Assembly: GCA_002633005.1 (NCBI GenBank)
Contig: NMRA01000099.1
Coordinates: 960,497 to 1,008,660, forward strand
DNA: 48,164 nt
Source of the DNA: Phoronis australis
Taxonomy: Eukaryota > Animalia > Phoronida
Reading direction: 5' to 3'
Part shown: in pieces, positions 47,322-48,164 of the stretch
Position numbering within the stretch: the first letter of the stretch is position 1
How the letters are laid out: every line of letters starts with the position of its first letter
Made by a program: the position numbers and the translations under genes
Notes under the pieces: model-generated
Seen by the model: the letters and a program-made list of their open reading frames with translations, nothing else
What the model was told of the DNA's origin: nothing
Database searches by the model: none

Positions 47322-47910
47322 TCCACATCGCCTATTATACGGTCGACCTCACCTTGCAGAGAGGTGTCGCGTTAACCAGTGAGGAAGGTGAGAAACGACG
47401 CAGCGACGTCAGTGGTTCGTCTGCAGAGTGAATGCTGTTATATTGAGGTGCATCGTTCCCGCCTGTCCAAGCTGTGAAGAAACCGGGTATATCGTTTTTT
47501 CGACTTCATCGAGAGCACGAAATGCTTAGGAAGTGGCTCGCGGTAGTGAAAACTGAAAGGTACGCTGTTAATAGCATTGAAACATCTCCGTGTCTGTGGC
47601 CGGCATTTCGTCGACAGTGATTTCTCTGACGAATTTCGGCTTACCTACGAACTATACATACGTTCCGTTGCCTGTGCATGTTCACAGCGCCTCTCTAGTA
47701 TTTCTTGGTCAGAGTATTCCGGTTCGAACTGATAGCCTGTGAAATCTAACGATCCGACCCGTGAAGTCTTGACTAAGTCGGGATTGGCGCCGCCGGGGCG
47801 AGGTGCCATGTACACGTTTATTATCCTGCGTTCTGTTTCAAGATGACTTATTCTCATCCTAACCAATGCTTATATGAAAGTGAAACAAATTCTGTCTCAT
47901 TAGATACAAT
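47322..47910 (+). mobile_element. Truncated second copy of Kolobok family B
   Basis: Colinear with 45509-46115. THAP: LRCIVPACP..GISFFRL..MLRKWLAVV..KHLRVCGRHFVDSDF. The - strand reads LDFTGYQFEPEYSDQEILERR. Confidence 0.8.
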
Positions 47911-48164
47911 GAGGCTATTCGGAGAATTCTCCTCGCGGTGTCGCTGCTGTACTAGTGGTGATTGAATTGCGCATGCGTGGCTGTCTGCATGTAAACAACT
48001 GGTAAAAGATGGAATTTTTATCAAAATACGTCGTCGCGCTAAGCCTTATTACTGCTAATTTCCCTGGTGCAAGTCTTCGACAGGTGGCCACAAATTCCCA
48101 AAAGACCTAAGGTTAATATATTCGTGGACAATTGCGGTCAACAGGGTCAACTAACTGACAAAAA

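Overview
Eukaryotic, intron-containing and repeat-rich DNA, most likely from a marine invertebrate (inferred from the transposon repertoire). It has two ~820-bp N gaps and two single-N-joined tandem duplications that look like haplotype assembly artefacts. The one clear host gene is an 8-exon glycoside hydrolase family 1 (lactase-phlorizin hydrolase-like beta-glucosidase) on the + strand, 4274-25869. It splices in frame to 536 aa with a signal peptide, both catalytic motifs (TFNEP, VTENG), a PTLK-repeat stalk and a GPI-signal-like tail. On the - strand there is an orphan discoidin (F5/8 type C) terminal exon and a candidate signal-peptide first exon. The rest is transposon material: two families of TTAA-flanked Kolobok-type elements with THAP and KolX-like remnants, an IS3EU-type MITE, a TG..CA element with a 6-bp TSD, a Harbinger-type element, 5-bp-TSD MITEs, a HIRAN-domain relic, nested LINE fragments and tRNA-derived heads. 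The most notable patterns are a Kolobok family built from two 'left' ends and an odd tRNA-head/Kolobok arrangement. I found no intact new multi-gene system.
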